Origin: Burkholderiales bacterium
Lineage (GTDB): Bacteria > Pseudomonadota > Gammaproteobacteria > Burkholderiales > SG8-39
NCBI GenBank assembly: GCA_035499735.1
Contig: DATJYC010000049.1
Location: 147,070-211,069 of the forward strand
Reading direction: 5' to 3'
DNA length: 64,000 nt
This document shows positions 21,379-30,249 of the stretch, one piece after another. The translations under genes and the position numbers were made by a program. The notes below the pieces were generated by a model. The model was given only the letters and a program-made list of their open reading frames with translations, ran no database searches and was not told where the DNA came from. The first letter of the stretch is position 1; the number at the start of each line of letters is the position of its first letter.

Positions 21379-22236
21379 CTACCGCGCGATGCCTTCCGCA
21401 CCGAAGACCGCGGTCGTCATGCGGCGATGGGGCTCGTAGTCTCGGTCTCCCGCTCTCCCGAGCTTGGTCGTTCCGGCGGCCTTGAGCACCTCGCGGCCGG
21501 CAGCGCTATTGCCGAGGTCCACCAGGACTGCCTGGACCTCCTGGCGCAGCTTTGCCGGCATGGAGCGCTTCACGGCCCACGGCAGGAAAAGCAACGGCTC
21601 AGTCGACGCCAGGACTCTGAGTTGCTGCGTGTCAATCGCCTTCCTCACCACCGGGAGGTCGACGAGAATGTCTCCGCCGCCGGCGGCATCGGCCTGCTTG
21701 TGGTAGAGAGCGATCAGTGCATTCGGGGGGTTGACCGCGAGCTCGGTCTTGAAATCCCCTTCCTTCAGCCCGGCCCGCATGAGCAAATACCGCGGGGCGA
21801 TATAGCTGAGCATCGCGTCCCTGCCGCCGCCGAAGATGATCGTGCGCCCGCGCAGCTGGGATACCTTGGTGATGCCGCTGTCCTTGCGCACGTAGAGCGC
21901 GCCTGCGACCGCGTCCTTGCCGAACTCCTGGCTGTGGGCGATCACCTGATAGCTCTGGGCCGAGCGGATGAAGTGGTACTGGTTGTAGTGGACGATGTCG
22001 TAGCGCCGGCTGGTGACTCCTTCCCAGAAGGAGTCGAAATCCTTGGACGTGAGGAGCGCGACTTTGCGGCCGAGCTTCTCGCCCAGGTAGTTGGCGAGAG
22101 GTGAGAACTTCGTGATCGTTTCGGTGGCCTTGTACCGCGGGAAGATCCCCATGGTCAAAGAATCGTCCGCGGCGTGGACGACGGGCGCCACTGCGGCCAT
22201 CGCGATCAACCCGAGCGCGGGGATGAATCGATTCAT
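21379..22236 (-). CDS. PhnD-type (phosphonate-binding fold) periplasmic binding protein, copy 2
   Basis: Start MNRFIPALGLIAMAAVAPVVHA (signal peptide) at 22236, with ATGA overlap to the copy 1 stop. PhnD-like sequence. No ABC permease or ATPase lies nearby. Confidence 0.8.
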   Translation of the reverse strand: MNRFIPALGLIAMAAVAPVVHAADDSLTMGIFPRYKATETITKFSPLANYLGEKLGRKVALLTSKDFDSFWEGVTSRRYDIVHYNQYHFIRSAQSYQVIAHSQEFGKDAVAGALYVRKDSGITKVSQLRGRTIIFGGGRDAMLSYIAPRYLLMRAGLKEGDFKTELAVNPPNALIALYHKQADAAGGGDILVDLPVVRKAIDTQQLRVLASTEPLLFLPWAVKRSMPAKLRQEVQAVLVDLGNSAAGREVLKAAGTTKLGRAGDRDYEPHRRMTTAVFGAEGIAR

Positions 22237-23102
22237 GGAACGGCGCGGACCGTGCGCCTGGCCGGGCGCTCCGAACCGAATACCGCGGCCACCATTCTGC
22301 GATGCGGGTCGTAGTCCCGGTCTTCGGCTCTTTCCATTCCGGTCATGGTGGCTGCCTTGAGGACATCCCTCCCGGCCTCGCTGTCCGCGAGATGCACGAG
22401 CAGCGATTGAATGGACTCCCGCAGCTTTGCCGGCATGGAGCGCTTCACGGCCCACGGCAGGTACAGCAGCGGCTCGCTCGTCGCCAGGACTCTGAGCTGC
22501 TGCGTGTCGATCGCATTCTTCACCACGGGTTGCTCGATGAGCAGCTCTCCGCCGCCTGCGGCGTCGGCCTGCTTGTGGTAGAGAGCGATCAGCGCGTTCG
22601 GGGGGCTCACGGCGAGCTCGGTCTTGAAGTCCTCTTCCTTCAGCCCGGCCTGCATGAGCAGATACCGCGGGGCAATGTAGCTGAGCATCGCGTCCTTGCC
22701 GCCGCCGAAGATGATCGTGCGCCCGCGGAGCTGGGTTACCTCGGTGATGCCGCTATCCTTGCGCACGTAGAGCGCTCCAGCGACGGCGTTCTTGCCGAAC
22801 TCCTGGCTGTGGGCGATAACCTGATAGCTCTGGGCCGAGCGGATGAAGTGGTACTGGTTGTAATGGACGATGTCGTAGCGCTGTACGCTGACCGCGTTCC
22901 AGAACGACTCGAAATTCTTGGATGTAACCAACGTCACCTCGCGGCCGAGTCGCTCGCCAAGATACGCCGCCATCGGCGCAAATTGCCGTACCGTTTCCGC
23001 GGAATTGTTTCGGGGGAAGACGCTCAGGGTCAGCGGTTCTTCGGCGGCTTGGGCGATGCCCGCGGCGGCGAGCGCGGCCAAGGCGAGAGACCGGATCCTC
23101 AC
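22233..23102 (-). CDS. PhnD-type periplasmic binding protein, copy 1
   Basis: GTG start at 23102 (VRIRSLALAALAAAGIAQA signal) overlaps the TGA of the GGDEF-EAL gene (GTGA). Paralogue of copy 2. Confidence 0.8.
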   Translation of the reverse strand: MRIRSLALAALAAAGIAQAAEEPLTLSVFPRNNSAETVRQFAPMAAYLGERLGREVTLVTSKNFESFWNAVSVQRYDIVHYNQYHFIRSAQSYQVIAHSQEFGKNAVAGALYVRKDSGITEVTQLRGRTIIFGGGKDAMLSYIAPRYLLMQAGLKEEDFKTELAVSPPNALIALYHKQADAAGGGELLIEQPVVKNAIDTQQLRVLATSEPLLYLPWAVKRSMPAKLRESIQSLLVHLADSEAGRDVLKAATMTGMERAEDRDYDPHRRMVAAVFGSERPARRTVRAVP

Positions 23103-25204
23103 TCTCGTTCCTTCTTCGAGTGCAACAGGGGTTCCTCGATCGCCAGGGAGTTCGCGCGGCCCCTGCGTGCGAAGGACATCCGGGGCGCCTCCGGTCGAGC
23201 CTGCAGACCTTTCAGGTAGTCGAAGTAAGCCTCGTCGGTCATCGGCTTGCCGAAGAGATAGCCCTGCGCGAAGTCGCACCCCTGCGACGAGACGAACCCC
23301 AGCTGGTCCTCGTTCTCGACACCCTCCGCGACCATGGCGAGGTCCAGCCCCTTGGCCATCGCCAGGATCGCCTTGACGAGCAGGACGTCGTCCTCGTTGT
23401 CCGGTAGCCCGGCGACGAAGCTGCGGTCGATCTTCAGCACGTCGAAGCGGAAACGCTTGAGATAGCTGAGCGACGAGTAGCCGGTGCCGAAGTCGTCCAG
23501 CGACAGCTTGACCCCAGTGGCGCGCAAGCGGTCCAGTTCCTCGGCCACCTGGTGGTGATCGTCGAGCAGGACGCTCTCGGTGATCTCCAGCTCGAGCGCT
23601 TCGGGAGGCACGCCGTAGGCCGACATCAGCTCCGTGAGCCGCGCCGAGAATCGCCGCCGGAACTGAATGCGGGAAATGTTGATGGCCAGGAAGCCCGGGT
23701 GGATCCCGCTTTCCCGCCACGTCGACCAGCTGCGGCAGGCCTGCTCGAGAACCCAGTCGCCGATGCCGACGATCTGGCCGTCGTTCTCCGCGATCGGAAT
23801 GAATTCCGCGGGGCTGATCGCGCCCCTCTCGGGATGATTCCAGCGCAGCAGCACCTCGGCGCCACGGTGCCGCCGGGCGGCCGTGTCGACGATGGGCTGG
23901 AAGGCGAGCTTAAGCTGTCCCGCCTCGATCGCGCCGCGAAGGTCCTGCTCGAGCTGGACGCGCTTTCGCAGCCGCGTGTTCATCTCGTTCGTGAAGAAGG
24001 TGAAGGAGCCGCGGTGATTCGTCTTCGCCTGGTACATGGCGTTGTCGGCGTTGGCGACAAGGGTTTCCGCGTCCTCGCCGTTGTCCGGGAAGAGCGCGAT
24101 GCCGATGCTGGACTGGGCGATGACCCTGCGCCCGCCGAGTTCCTGCGGCTCGGCCACGGCCAGCAGCAGTCGCTCCGCGATCTTCTCCACGTGCATTTCG
24201 CCCACGATGTCGGAGGCCAGCACCAGGAATTCGTCCCCGCCGAGGCGCGCGACCGTGTCCCCCTCCCGCAAGGCGGCCTGCACGCGGTTCCCGATCGCGA
24301 TCAGCAGCCGGTCGCCCACCGCATGACCCAGCGTATCGTTGACGTTCTTGAAGTTGTCGAGGTCGACGAAGAACACGGCGAATTTCTGCCCCGACCGCCT
24401 GGCCCGGTTGATCTCGACGTTGATCCGGTCGAACGCCATCAGCCGGTTGGGCAGACCGGTCAGCGTGTCGAAATTGGCCTGGCGGTGAAGCTTGTCCTGC
24501 TCCTCCCTCACGCCCTCGGCCATGGTGTTGAAGGCCCGTGTAAGGAGCCCCAGCTCGTCCGAGGACTTTACTTCCACGAGGGCGTGAAGACCCCGGCCCA
24601 CGTCGCGCGAGGCGGCGATCAGCTTCTGCACCGGCTGCAGCACGCGGTAGCGGAAGACGGTGTGGATCGCAATGCTCAGAAAGAGGACGACGCCGGCGAG
24701 GGCCAGCAGCTTGACCGCAAGCTGGCGGCGGAATTCATCGTGCAGGGCCTCGCGGCTCAGCCCCACCAGAAAATGCCCCAGGATCTTTCCGTCGTGGCTG
24801 ATGGGAAAGCGCAGGTTGATGAGCTCTTCGCGGGCGACCGGGAGCTTCAGGAGCTCGACGACGTTGCGCGGGGCGTTCTGCATGTACTTCTTGACGAACG
24901 GCTCGCTGTCGTCGACATGAGAGCTCAGGATCTCGCCCTCCGGGCTCATGATTGCACCGTAGACCACGTCCGGCTGAGTGCTGACCTCGCGCGTGTAGTC
25001 GTTGAGCAGCAGGAAATCGAAGCCGAGGATCGCCTCCGGGCTCACCAGGGCGATCAGGCGGCCGAGCGCGCGCCCGCGTTCGATCAGCTGCTGCTCGTGG
25101 AAACGCGCCGACGCCTCGAGATCGTAGAGCGTATTTGCCGCCGTGGTGACGGCCAAGAAGATCAGGACGGTGAGGGTGAATTTCGCGCCCAGACCAAGCC
25201 GCAT
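23099..25204 (-). CDS. Membrane sensor with periplasmic domain, HAMP, GGDEF (with RxxD I-site) and EAL domains
   Basis: Start MRLGLGAKFTLTVLIFLAV at 25204 and a second TM (LLALAGVVLFLSIAI). Also HAMP, REGDTVARLGGDEF, and the EAL signatures LEITES, DDFGTGYSSL, KIDRSF and EGVE. The track ORF to 25597 is an over-extension. Confidence 0.88.
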   Translation of the reverse strand: MRLGLGAKFTLTVLIFLAVTTAANTLYDLEASARFHEQQLIERGRALGRLIALVSPEAILGFDFLLLNDYTREVSTQPDVVYGAIMSPEGEILSSHVDDSEPFVKKYMQNAPRNVVELLKLPVAREELINLRFPISHDGKILGHFLVGLSREALHDEFRRQLAVKLLALAGVVLFLSIAIHTVFRYRVLQPVQKLIAASRDVGRGLHALVEVKSSDELGLLTRAFNTMAEGVREEQDKLHRQANFDTLTGLPNRLMAFDRINVEINRARRSGQKFAVFFVDLDNFKNVNDTLGHAVGDRLLIAIGNRVQAALREGDTVARLGGDEFLVLASDIVGEMHVEKIAERLLLAVAEPQELGGRRVIAQSSIGIALFPDNGEDAETLVANADNAMYQAKTNHRGSFTFFTNEMNTRLRKRVQLEQDLRGAIEAGQLKLAFQPIVDTAARRHRGAEVLLRWNHPERGAISPAEFIPIAENDGQIVGIGDWVLEQACRSWSTWRESGIHPGFLAINISRIQFRRRFSARLTELMSAYGVPPEALELEITESVLLDDHHQVAEELDRLRATGVKLSLDDFGTGYSSLSYLKRFRFDVLKIDRSFVAGLPDNEDDVLLVKAILAMAKGLDLAMVAEGVENEDQLGFVSSQGCDFAQGYLFGKPMTDEAYFDYLKGLQARPEAPRMSFARRGRANSLAIEEPLLHSKKERE

Positions 25205-25442
25205 TACGTCTCCCCTAGTCCCGTACAGTGCGGGTGTGCGTTCATTTGAAGCGAGCCGATGTGCCCGGACAGGCGGGCAGCCAATCGGCGCTGCGGAGTT
25301 TAGTTTACCCCAAGGTCCGACGGAAGCCCCTTGGTTTGTTTGGGCAATATCGGGAATTCCGGAACTAGTCGGCGGCGGGCGTCGTTCAGGAGCACCCGGA
25401 CCCGTACCTGACAAGAATAGTAGGGTTTCCCCCACGTGGGAC

Positions 25443-26930
25443 TCAGCTTTTCGCCCAGCTTTTCGCCCGGTCCAGCGCCCGCTTCCACTCTCCCATCCGG
25501 CGCTCGGCTTCCGGGCGCTGCATCCTCGGGTCGAAGCGCCTGGCGATCTTCCATTGCCTGGCGATCTGCTCGCGGCTGGTCCACACGCCGGTCGCAAGGC
25601 CCGCGAGGTAGGCCGCGCCGAGCGCGGTGGTCTCGAGCACCTTCGGGCGCACCACCGGCACCCCGAGCAGGTCCGCCTGGAACTGCATGAGCAGGTTATT
25701 CGCCGCCGCGCCGCCGTCGACGCGCAGTTCGGTCGAAGCCTGTCCCGAGTCCTGCTCCATGGCGCGCAGGAGCTCGGCCGATTGGAACGCGATCGACTCG
25801 AGCGCGGCGCGGGCGATGTGGCCGGCGGTCGAGCCGCGCGTGAGCCCGATGATCGTGCCCCGCGCGTACGGATCCCAGTGGGGGGCGCCCAGCCCCGCGA
25901 ATCCCGGAACGAACACGATGCCGCCCGAGTCGCGCACGCTCCTCGCGAGCCTTTCGACCTCCACCGACTTCCTGATGATCCTCAGGCCGTCCCTCAGCCA
26001 CTGCACCACCGCGCCCCCGATGAAGACACTGCCCTCGAGCGCGAATTGCTTCGGTCCGGCTTCCGCGGCGCAGGTGGCTACGAGACCGCTCCTGGACTCG
26101 ATCGGCCGGCTACCGGTGTTGAGGAGCAGAAAGCATCCGGTGCCGTAGGTATTCTTCGCCATCCCCGCCTCGTGGCATCCCTGGCCGAAGAGAGCCGCCT
26201 GCTGGTCGCCCGCGATTCCCGCAAGCGGGATTTCCGCCCCGAGCATGGGCCTTGCCGTGGCGCCGTAGATGTGCGAAGAGGGCAGCACCTCGGGCAGCAT
26301 CGCGCGCGGAACGCCGAAGATGTCCAGCAGGTCCCCGTCCCAATCGCCCTTGTGAATGTCGTAGAGCTGGGTGCGCGACGCGTTCGAGGGGTCGGTAACG
26401 TGGAGCCTCCCGCCGCTGAGCTTCCACGCCAGCCAGCAGTCGATCGTCCCGAAGAGGAGGTCGCCCTTTTCCGCGCGCGCCCTCAGCCCCGGCACGTTCG
26501 CCAGCAGCCATTCGACCTTGGTCGCCGAGAAATAGGGGTCGATCACCAGGCCCGTCTTCGCCCGGATCTCGTCCGCGAGGCCTTCCTTGACGAGGATCTC
26601 GCAGCGGTCGGCGGTCCGCCGGTCCTGCCAGACGATGGCGCGGTGCGCGGGCTTGCCGGTGCGCTTGTCCCAGACGACCGTGGTCTCCCTCTGGTTGGTG
26701 ATGCCGATCGCCGAGATACGCGAGGAAGAAAGGCGCGCTTTCCTGAGCGCAGCCCGGGCACAGGCGAGCTGCGAGCGGAAGATTTCCTCGGCGTCGTGCT
26801 CGACCCAGCCGGGCTGGGGAAAGAACTGGCGAAACTCGCGCTGCGCCGCCGCGACCGGAGCGCCCTTCTCGTCGAACACGATGGCGCGCGAGCTGGTGGT
26901 ACCCTGATCGAGGGCGAGCACGTAGCGCAT
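25443..26930 (-). CDS. glpK: Glycerol kinase
   Basis: [20 protein letters not shown] start at 26930. [13 protein letters not shown] and FGGY-family sequence throughout. Confidence 0.92.
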   Translation of the reverse strand: MRYVLALDQGTTSSRAIVFDEKGAPVAAAQREFRQFFPQPGWVEHDAEEIFRSQLACARAALRKARLSSSRISAIGITNQRETTVVWDKRTGKPAHRAIVWQDRRTADRCEILVKEGLADEIRAKTGLVIDPYFSATKVEWLLANVPGLRARAEKGDLLFGTIDCWLAWKLSGGRLHVTDPSNASRTQLYDIHKGDWDGDLLDIFGVPRAMLPEVLPSSHIYGATARPMLGAEIPLAGIAGDQQAALFGQGCHEAGMAKNTYGTGCFLLLNTGSRPIESRSGLVATCAAEAGPKQFALEGSVFIGGAVVQWLRDGLRIIRKSVEVERLARSVRDSGGIVFVPGFAGLGAPHWDPYARGTIIGLTRGSTAGHIARAALESIAFQSAELLRAMEQDSGQASTELRVDGGAAANNLLMQFQADLLGVPVVRPKVLETTALGAAYLAGLATGVWTSREQIARQWKIARRFDPRMQRPEAERRMGEWKRALDRAKSWAKS

Positions 26931-26966
26931 GAAAAATTCTAGCAGGGCTTCGTGTCGGGGGAGCCG

Positions 26967-27971
26967 GTGGCGAGAATCGGGGTGATCGGCGGAGGCGCCT
27001 TCGGCACGGCGATGGCATGCGTGCTGCGGCGCGCCGGGCACGAGATCTCGATCTGGGCGCGCGAGCCCGAGGTCGTCGCCGCGATCAACCGCGAATCCCT
27101 GAATCCGGTGTTCCTGCGGGGAATACCGCTCCCGGCGGGAATCGCCGCGACCGTCGACCTGGGCGCAGCGACGGCCGGAACCGAATTCCTCGTCCTCGCG
27201 CCGCCGGCTCAGCACATGCGTAGCGTCGCGGGGCAGCTTGCGCCGTTCGTAAGGGAAGGACTGCCGCTCGTGTCCTGCTCCAAGGGCATCGAGCGCGGCA
27301 GCTGCGCGTTCATGTCGCAGGTCATCGCCGAGACTGTTCCCGGCGCGCGCGTCGCGGTGCTTTCCGGGCCCTCGTTCGCCCACGACATCGCCGCCGACCT
27401 GCCCGCGGGAGTGACTCTTGCGTGCCGGGATGGGGCGCTCGCCGTGCGGCTCGCCCGGGCGATCGGAACGCCGCGCTTTCGCGTCTACCTGTCGCACGAC
27501 GTGGTCGGGGTGCACCTGGGGGGAGTGATGAAGAACGTCCTCGCCATCGCCTGCGGCATCGCAACCGGAAGGAAGCTCGGCGAATCGGCGCGCGCCACGC
27601 TGTTCGCGCGCGGGCTCGCGGAGATGGCGCGGCTCGGCATCGCGCTCGGCGCGCGCCTCGAGACCTTCCTCGGCCTCTCCGGGGCGGGGGATCTTGCCCT
27701 GTCCTGCAACAGCGCGGCGTCGCGAAACACGTCGCTCGGCATCGCGCTCGGAGAGGGTAGGAAGCTCGATGACATCCTGCGCGAGCGGGTCACGGTCCAG
27801 GAAGGCGTGCACTCGGCCGAGTCCGTGGCCGAGCTCGCGAGACGGCAGGGCGTGCGCATGGCGATCAGCGGTGCCGTCGACGACGTGCTCAACCGCGGCT
27901 GCGCCGTCGAGGAGGCGATCGGCCGGCTGCTCGCGCGCCCTACCGGAGACGAGCTGGGCGGGGCGGCTTGA
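26967..27971 (+). CDS. gpsA: NAD(P)H-dependent glycerol-3-phosphate dehydrogenase
   Basis: [17 protein letters not shown] Rossmann N-terminus. GTG 26967 is preceded by a GGGGGAG SD. The track start is GTG 26952, so the start is uncertain. Confidence 0.88.
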   Translation: MARIGVIGGGAFGTAMACVLRRAGHEISIWAREPEVVAAINRESLNPVFLRGIPLPAGIAATVDLGAATAGTEFLVLAPPAQHMRSVAGQLAPFVREGLPLVSCSKGIERGSCAFMSQVIAETVPGARVAVLSGPSFAHDIAADLPAGVTLACRDGALAVRLARAIGTPRFRVYLSHDVVGVHLGGVMKNVLAIACGIATGRKLGESARATLFARGLAEMARLGIALGARLETFLGLSGAGDLALSCNSAASRNTSLGIALGEGRKLDDILRERVTVQEGVHSAESVAELARRQGVRMAISGAVDDVLNRGCAVEEAIGRLLARPTGDELGGAA

Positions 27972-27981
27972 TCTGCATCAA
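27968..27981 (+). promoter_or_regulatory. Perfect FNR-consensus palindrome TTGAT-CTGC-ATCAA upstream of the ABC transporter operon
   Basis: Read directly from the sequence. It overlaps the gpsA stop codon. A TATAAT hexamer lies at 28028-28033 and an AGGAGGA SD precedes ATG 28053. The box centre is about 53 nt upstream of the -10 hexamer, a class-I-like distance. Confidence 0.5.
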
Positions 27982-28052
27982 GAAGGGCGGCTCAGGGTCC
28001 GGCACGATGATGAGCGCAAGCTGACCCTATAATCGTCCCAGGAGGAGAAGCC

Positions 28053-29177
28053 ATGATCCGCGCATTGAAGCAGTTGGCCGTGGCCTTGACCGCGGCGCTT
28101 GCGCTCGCCGCGCAGGCCGCGGCCCAGCCCATCGAGAGCGAGCTCGTTCTCATCACCCCGGTCGCGAAGACCCTTACCGACCCTTCGCTCGCCGAGTTCG
28201 CCAAGTACGCCAAGGAGCGCTGGAACGTCACGGTCAAGACGAGCGCGCTCGCGGCCGGCACGCCGGTCGCCTACGGCCAGATCGTCGAATGGAAAGGCCG
28301 GCCCCAGGCCGACATCTTCTGGGGCGGCGAGAGCGCGCTCTTCGACAAGCTCGCAGACCAGAATCTCCTCGCCAAGCTCGATCTGTCCAAGGCGGTCGTC
28401 GACGCGGTCCCCGCGAGCATCGGCAAGCCCAAGCCCATACCGCTCAAGGACCCGCGGGGCTTCTGGATCGGAACGGTGCTCGAGCCCTACGGCCTGGTCT
28501 ACCATCCGCGGCTGCTCGCGCGCCTGGGCGTTCAGCCGCCCAAGGACTGGGACGACCTGCTCGATCCCAAGCTCAAGGGCAACGTCGCCCAGTGCGCGCC
28601 GACGCGCTCCTCCAGCAGCCACGCGACCTACGAGGTCATCCTGCAGCGCGACGGCGACGCCAAGGGCTGGGAGTTCCTGAAGCACCTGGGCGGCAACACG
28701 GGCATCTTCACAGCGCGCAGCCGTGACGTGCCCTCGGTCGTCGCCAAGGGCGAGTTCGCGGCGGGCTTCGCCGTGCCGAGCTACATGGCCTTCGAGGACC
28801 GTCTTTCGGGCTTCGACATCAAGTTCGTCGCGCCGAAGACCGCGTGGATCACGCCCGAACCGATCGCGGTAATCGCAGGTGCGCCACACCCCAAGGCGGC
28901 GCGCGCCTTCATCGAGTTCATGCTCGCCGAGCGCGGGCAGAAAGTCGCGATGGAACGGGGCGTGTTCCCGATCACGCCCAAGTACCGCGTTCAGGGCGCG
29001 CCGGGCTCGCCTGCGGAGATGGCGGTCGAGTTCACCGGGGGCCTGCGCTCCTACTTCGACGTCGAAGTAAACAATATCTATGACGACTCGATCGCGCAGA
29101 AGCGCTACGAGGAGGTCAACGCCCAGTACCGCAAGGATATCGAGTCGGTTGCCGAGGAGCTGAAGAAGAAATACTGA
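28053..29177 (+). CDS. ABC transporter periplasmic substrate-binding protein (family-1, Fe3+/2-aminoethylphosphonate-like)
   Basis: Signal peptide MIRALKQLAVALTAALALAAQAAA and SBP family-1-like sequence. It is the first gene of an SBP-ATPase-fused permease operon. Confidence 0.8.
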   Translation: MIRALKQLAVALTAALALAAQAAAQPIESELVLITPVAKTLTDPSLAEFAKYAKERWNVTVKTSALAAGTPVAYGQIVEWKGRPQADIFWGGESALFDKLADQNLLAKLDLSKAVVDAVPASIGKPKPIPLKDPRGFWIGTVLEPYGLVYHPRLLARLGVQPPKDWDDLLDPKLKGNVAQCAPTRSSSSHATYEVILQRDGDAKGWEFLKHLGGNTGIFTARSRDVPSVVAKGEFAAGFAVPSYMAFEDRLSGFDIKFVAPKTAWITPEPIAVIAGAPHPKAARAFIEFMLAERGQKVAMERGVFPITPKYRVQGAPGSPAEMAVEFTGGLRSYFDVEVNNIYDDSIAQKRYEEVNAQYRKDIESVAEELKKKY

Positions 29178-29181
29178 AGCT

Positions 29182-30249
29182 GTGCGGATCAGCGTCCACG
29201 AGATCACCAAGCGGTTCGGAAAAAACGAGGTCGTCGGGCGCTCGAGCTTCTCGATCGGGGAGGGGGAGCTGTTCACCCTCCTCGGTCCCTCGGGCTGCGG
29301 GAAAACGACGCTACTGCGGCTGATCGCGGGCTTCTACACCCCGGACGAGGGCGAGATACGCTTCGACGGCGTTCGCGTGAACGAGATGCCGCCGCACGAG
29401 CGCGGCATCGGCATGGTGTTCCAGAACTATGCGCTTTGGCCGCACATGACGGTGCACAGCAACGTCGCTTACGGCCTGAAGCTGCGCGAGGTCGGGCGCG
29501 CCGATATCCAGAGGCGGGTAGAGGGCGTTCTCGACAAGGTGCGGCTCGCCGGGCTGGGCGAGCGCTACCCCGGCCAGCTCTCCGGCGGCCAGCAGCAACG
29601 CGTGGCGCTCGCCCGGGCGCTCGTGCTCAACCCCAAGATCCTGCTGCTCGACGAGCCGCTGTCCAACCTCGACGCCAAGATCCGCGTGCAGGTGCGTGCG
29701 GAGATCAGGAAGCTCCAGAAAGAGCTCGGCATCACCACGGTCTACGTGACGCACGACCAGGAGGAGGCCCTCACGCTCTCGGATCGCATCGTGGTGTTCA
29801 ACCAGGGGCGGGTGTTCCAGATCGGCGCGCCGAAGGATCTCTACGAGCGGCCGAGAAACCGTTTCGTCGCGGACTTCATCGGCATCAACAATCTGCTCGA
29901 CGGAACGGTGCGCTCGGCCGAGACAGGATTTCTGGTCGTCGATACGGCGCTGGGGCCGATTCGCGCCATGCCGAATGCCGAGCTTCACGCGGGCAACAGA
30001 TGCGTGATCTGCGTGCGCCCGGAGAACATCGCCGTCGGCGGCGCAGGCGCCGAGCCCAACATCGCGCGGGGGAACATCGCCTTCGCCGCGTACCTGGGGA
30101 ACACGCTGCGCTACGACGTCGACCTCGGACAGGGGATCACTTTCAAGGTCGACGACCGCGATCCCTGGCAGCACGAGCAGCGCGCGATGGGCAGCGCGGT
30201 GGAGCTGGGCTTTTCGGTCGCGAGCACGCTGGCGATTCCGGCGGAATGA
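29182..30249 (+). CDS. ABC transporter ATP-binding protein (PotA/FbpC-like with C-terminal TOBE-like domain)
   Basis: Walker A GPSGCGKTT, signature LSGGQQQRVALARAL and Walker B LLLDEPLS. GTG start. Confidence 0.9.
   Translation: MRISVHEITKRFGKNEVVGRSSFSIGEGELFTLLGPSGCGKTTLLRLIAGFYTPDEGEIRFDGVRVNEMPPHERGIGMVFQNYALWPHMTVHSNVAYGLKLREVGRADIQRRVEGVLDKVRLAGLGERYPGQLSGGQQQRVALARALVLNPKILLLDEPLSNLDAKIRVQVRAEIRKLQKELGITTVYVTHDQEEALTLSDRIVVFNQGRVFQIGAPKDLYERPRNRFVADFIGINNLLDGTVRSAETGFLVVDTALGPIRAMPNAELHAGNRCVICVRPENIAVGGAGAEPNIARGNIAFAAYLGNTLRYDVDLGQGITFKVDDRDPWQHEQRAMGSAVELGFSVASTLAIPAE

Larger units (their letters stand above)
21379..23102 (-). repeat. Tandem gene duplication (two PhnD-type genes, offset about 870 nt)
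   Basis: Long near-identical DNA stretches. For example, cagctttgccggcatggagcgcttcacggcccacggcagg occurs near 21548 and near 22421. The proteins share an identical 30-aa block, RYDIVHYNQYHFIRSAQSYQVIAHSQEFGK. Confidence 0.85.

Noticed and set aside
18094-25204. Lower GC content of the six-gene operon as evidence for horizontal transfer
   Set aside because: Spot counts of a few 60-nt lines gave about 60% here against about 70% in yhdP. The kinase region and other membrane-protein genes are similarly lower. I cannot compute windowed GC or codon statistics, and there are no flanking tRNA, integrase or repeat boundaries.
25310-25341. CCAAGG...CCTTGG hairpin followed by TTTGTTT in the glpK/GGDEF-EAL spacer
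   Set aside because: The T-tract is on the plus strand, whereas both flanking genes are on the minus strand. The stem is short (6 bp) with a 13-nt loop. It is not convincing as the glpK terminator.
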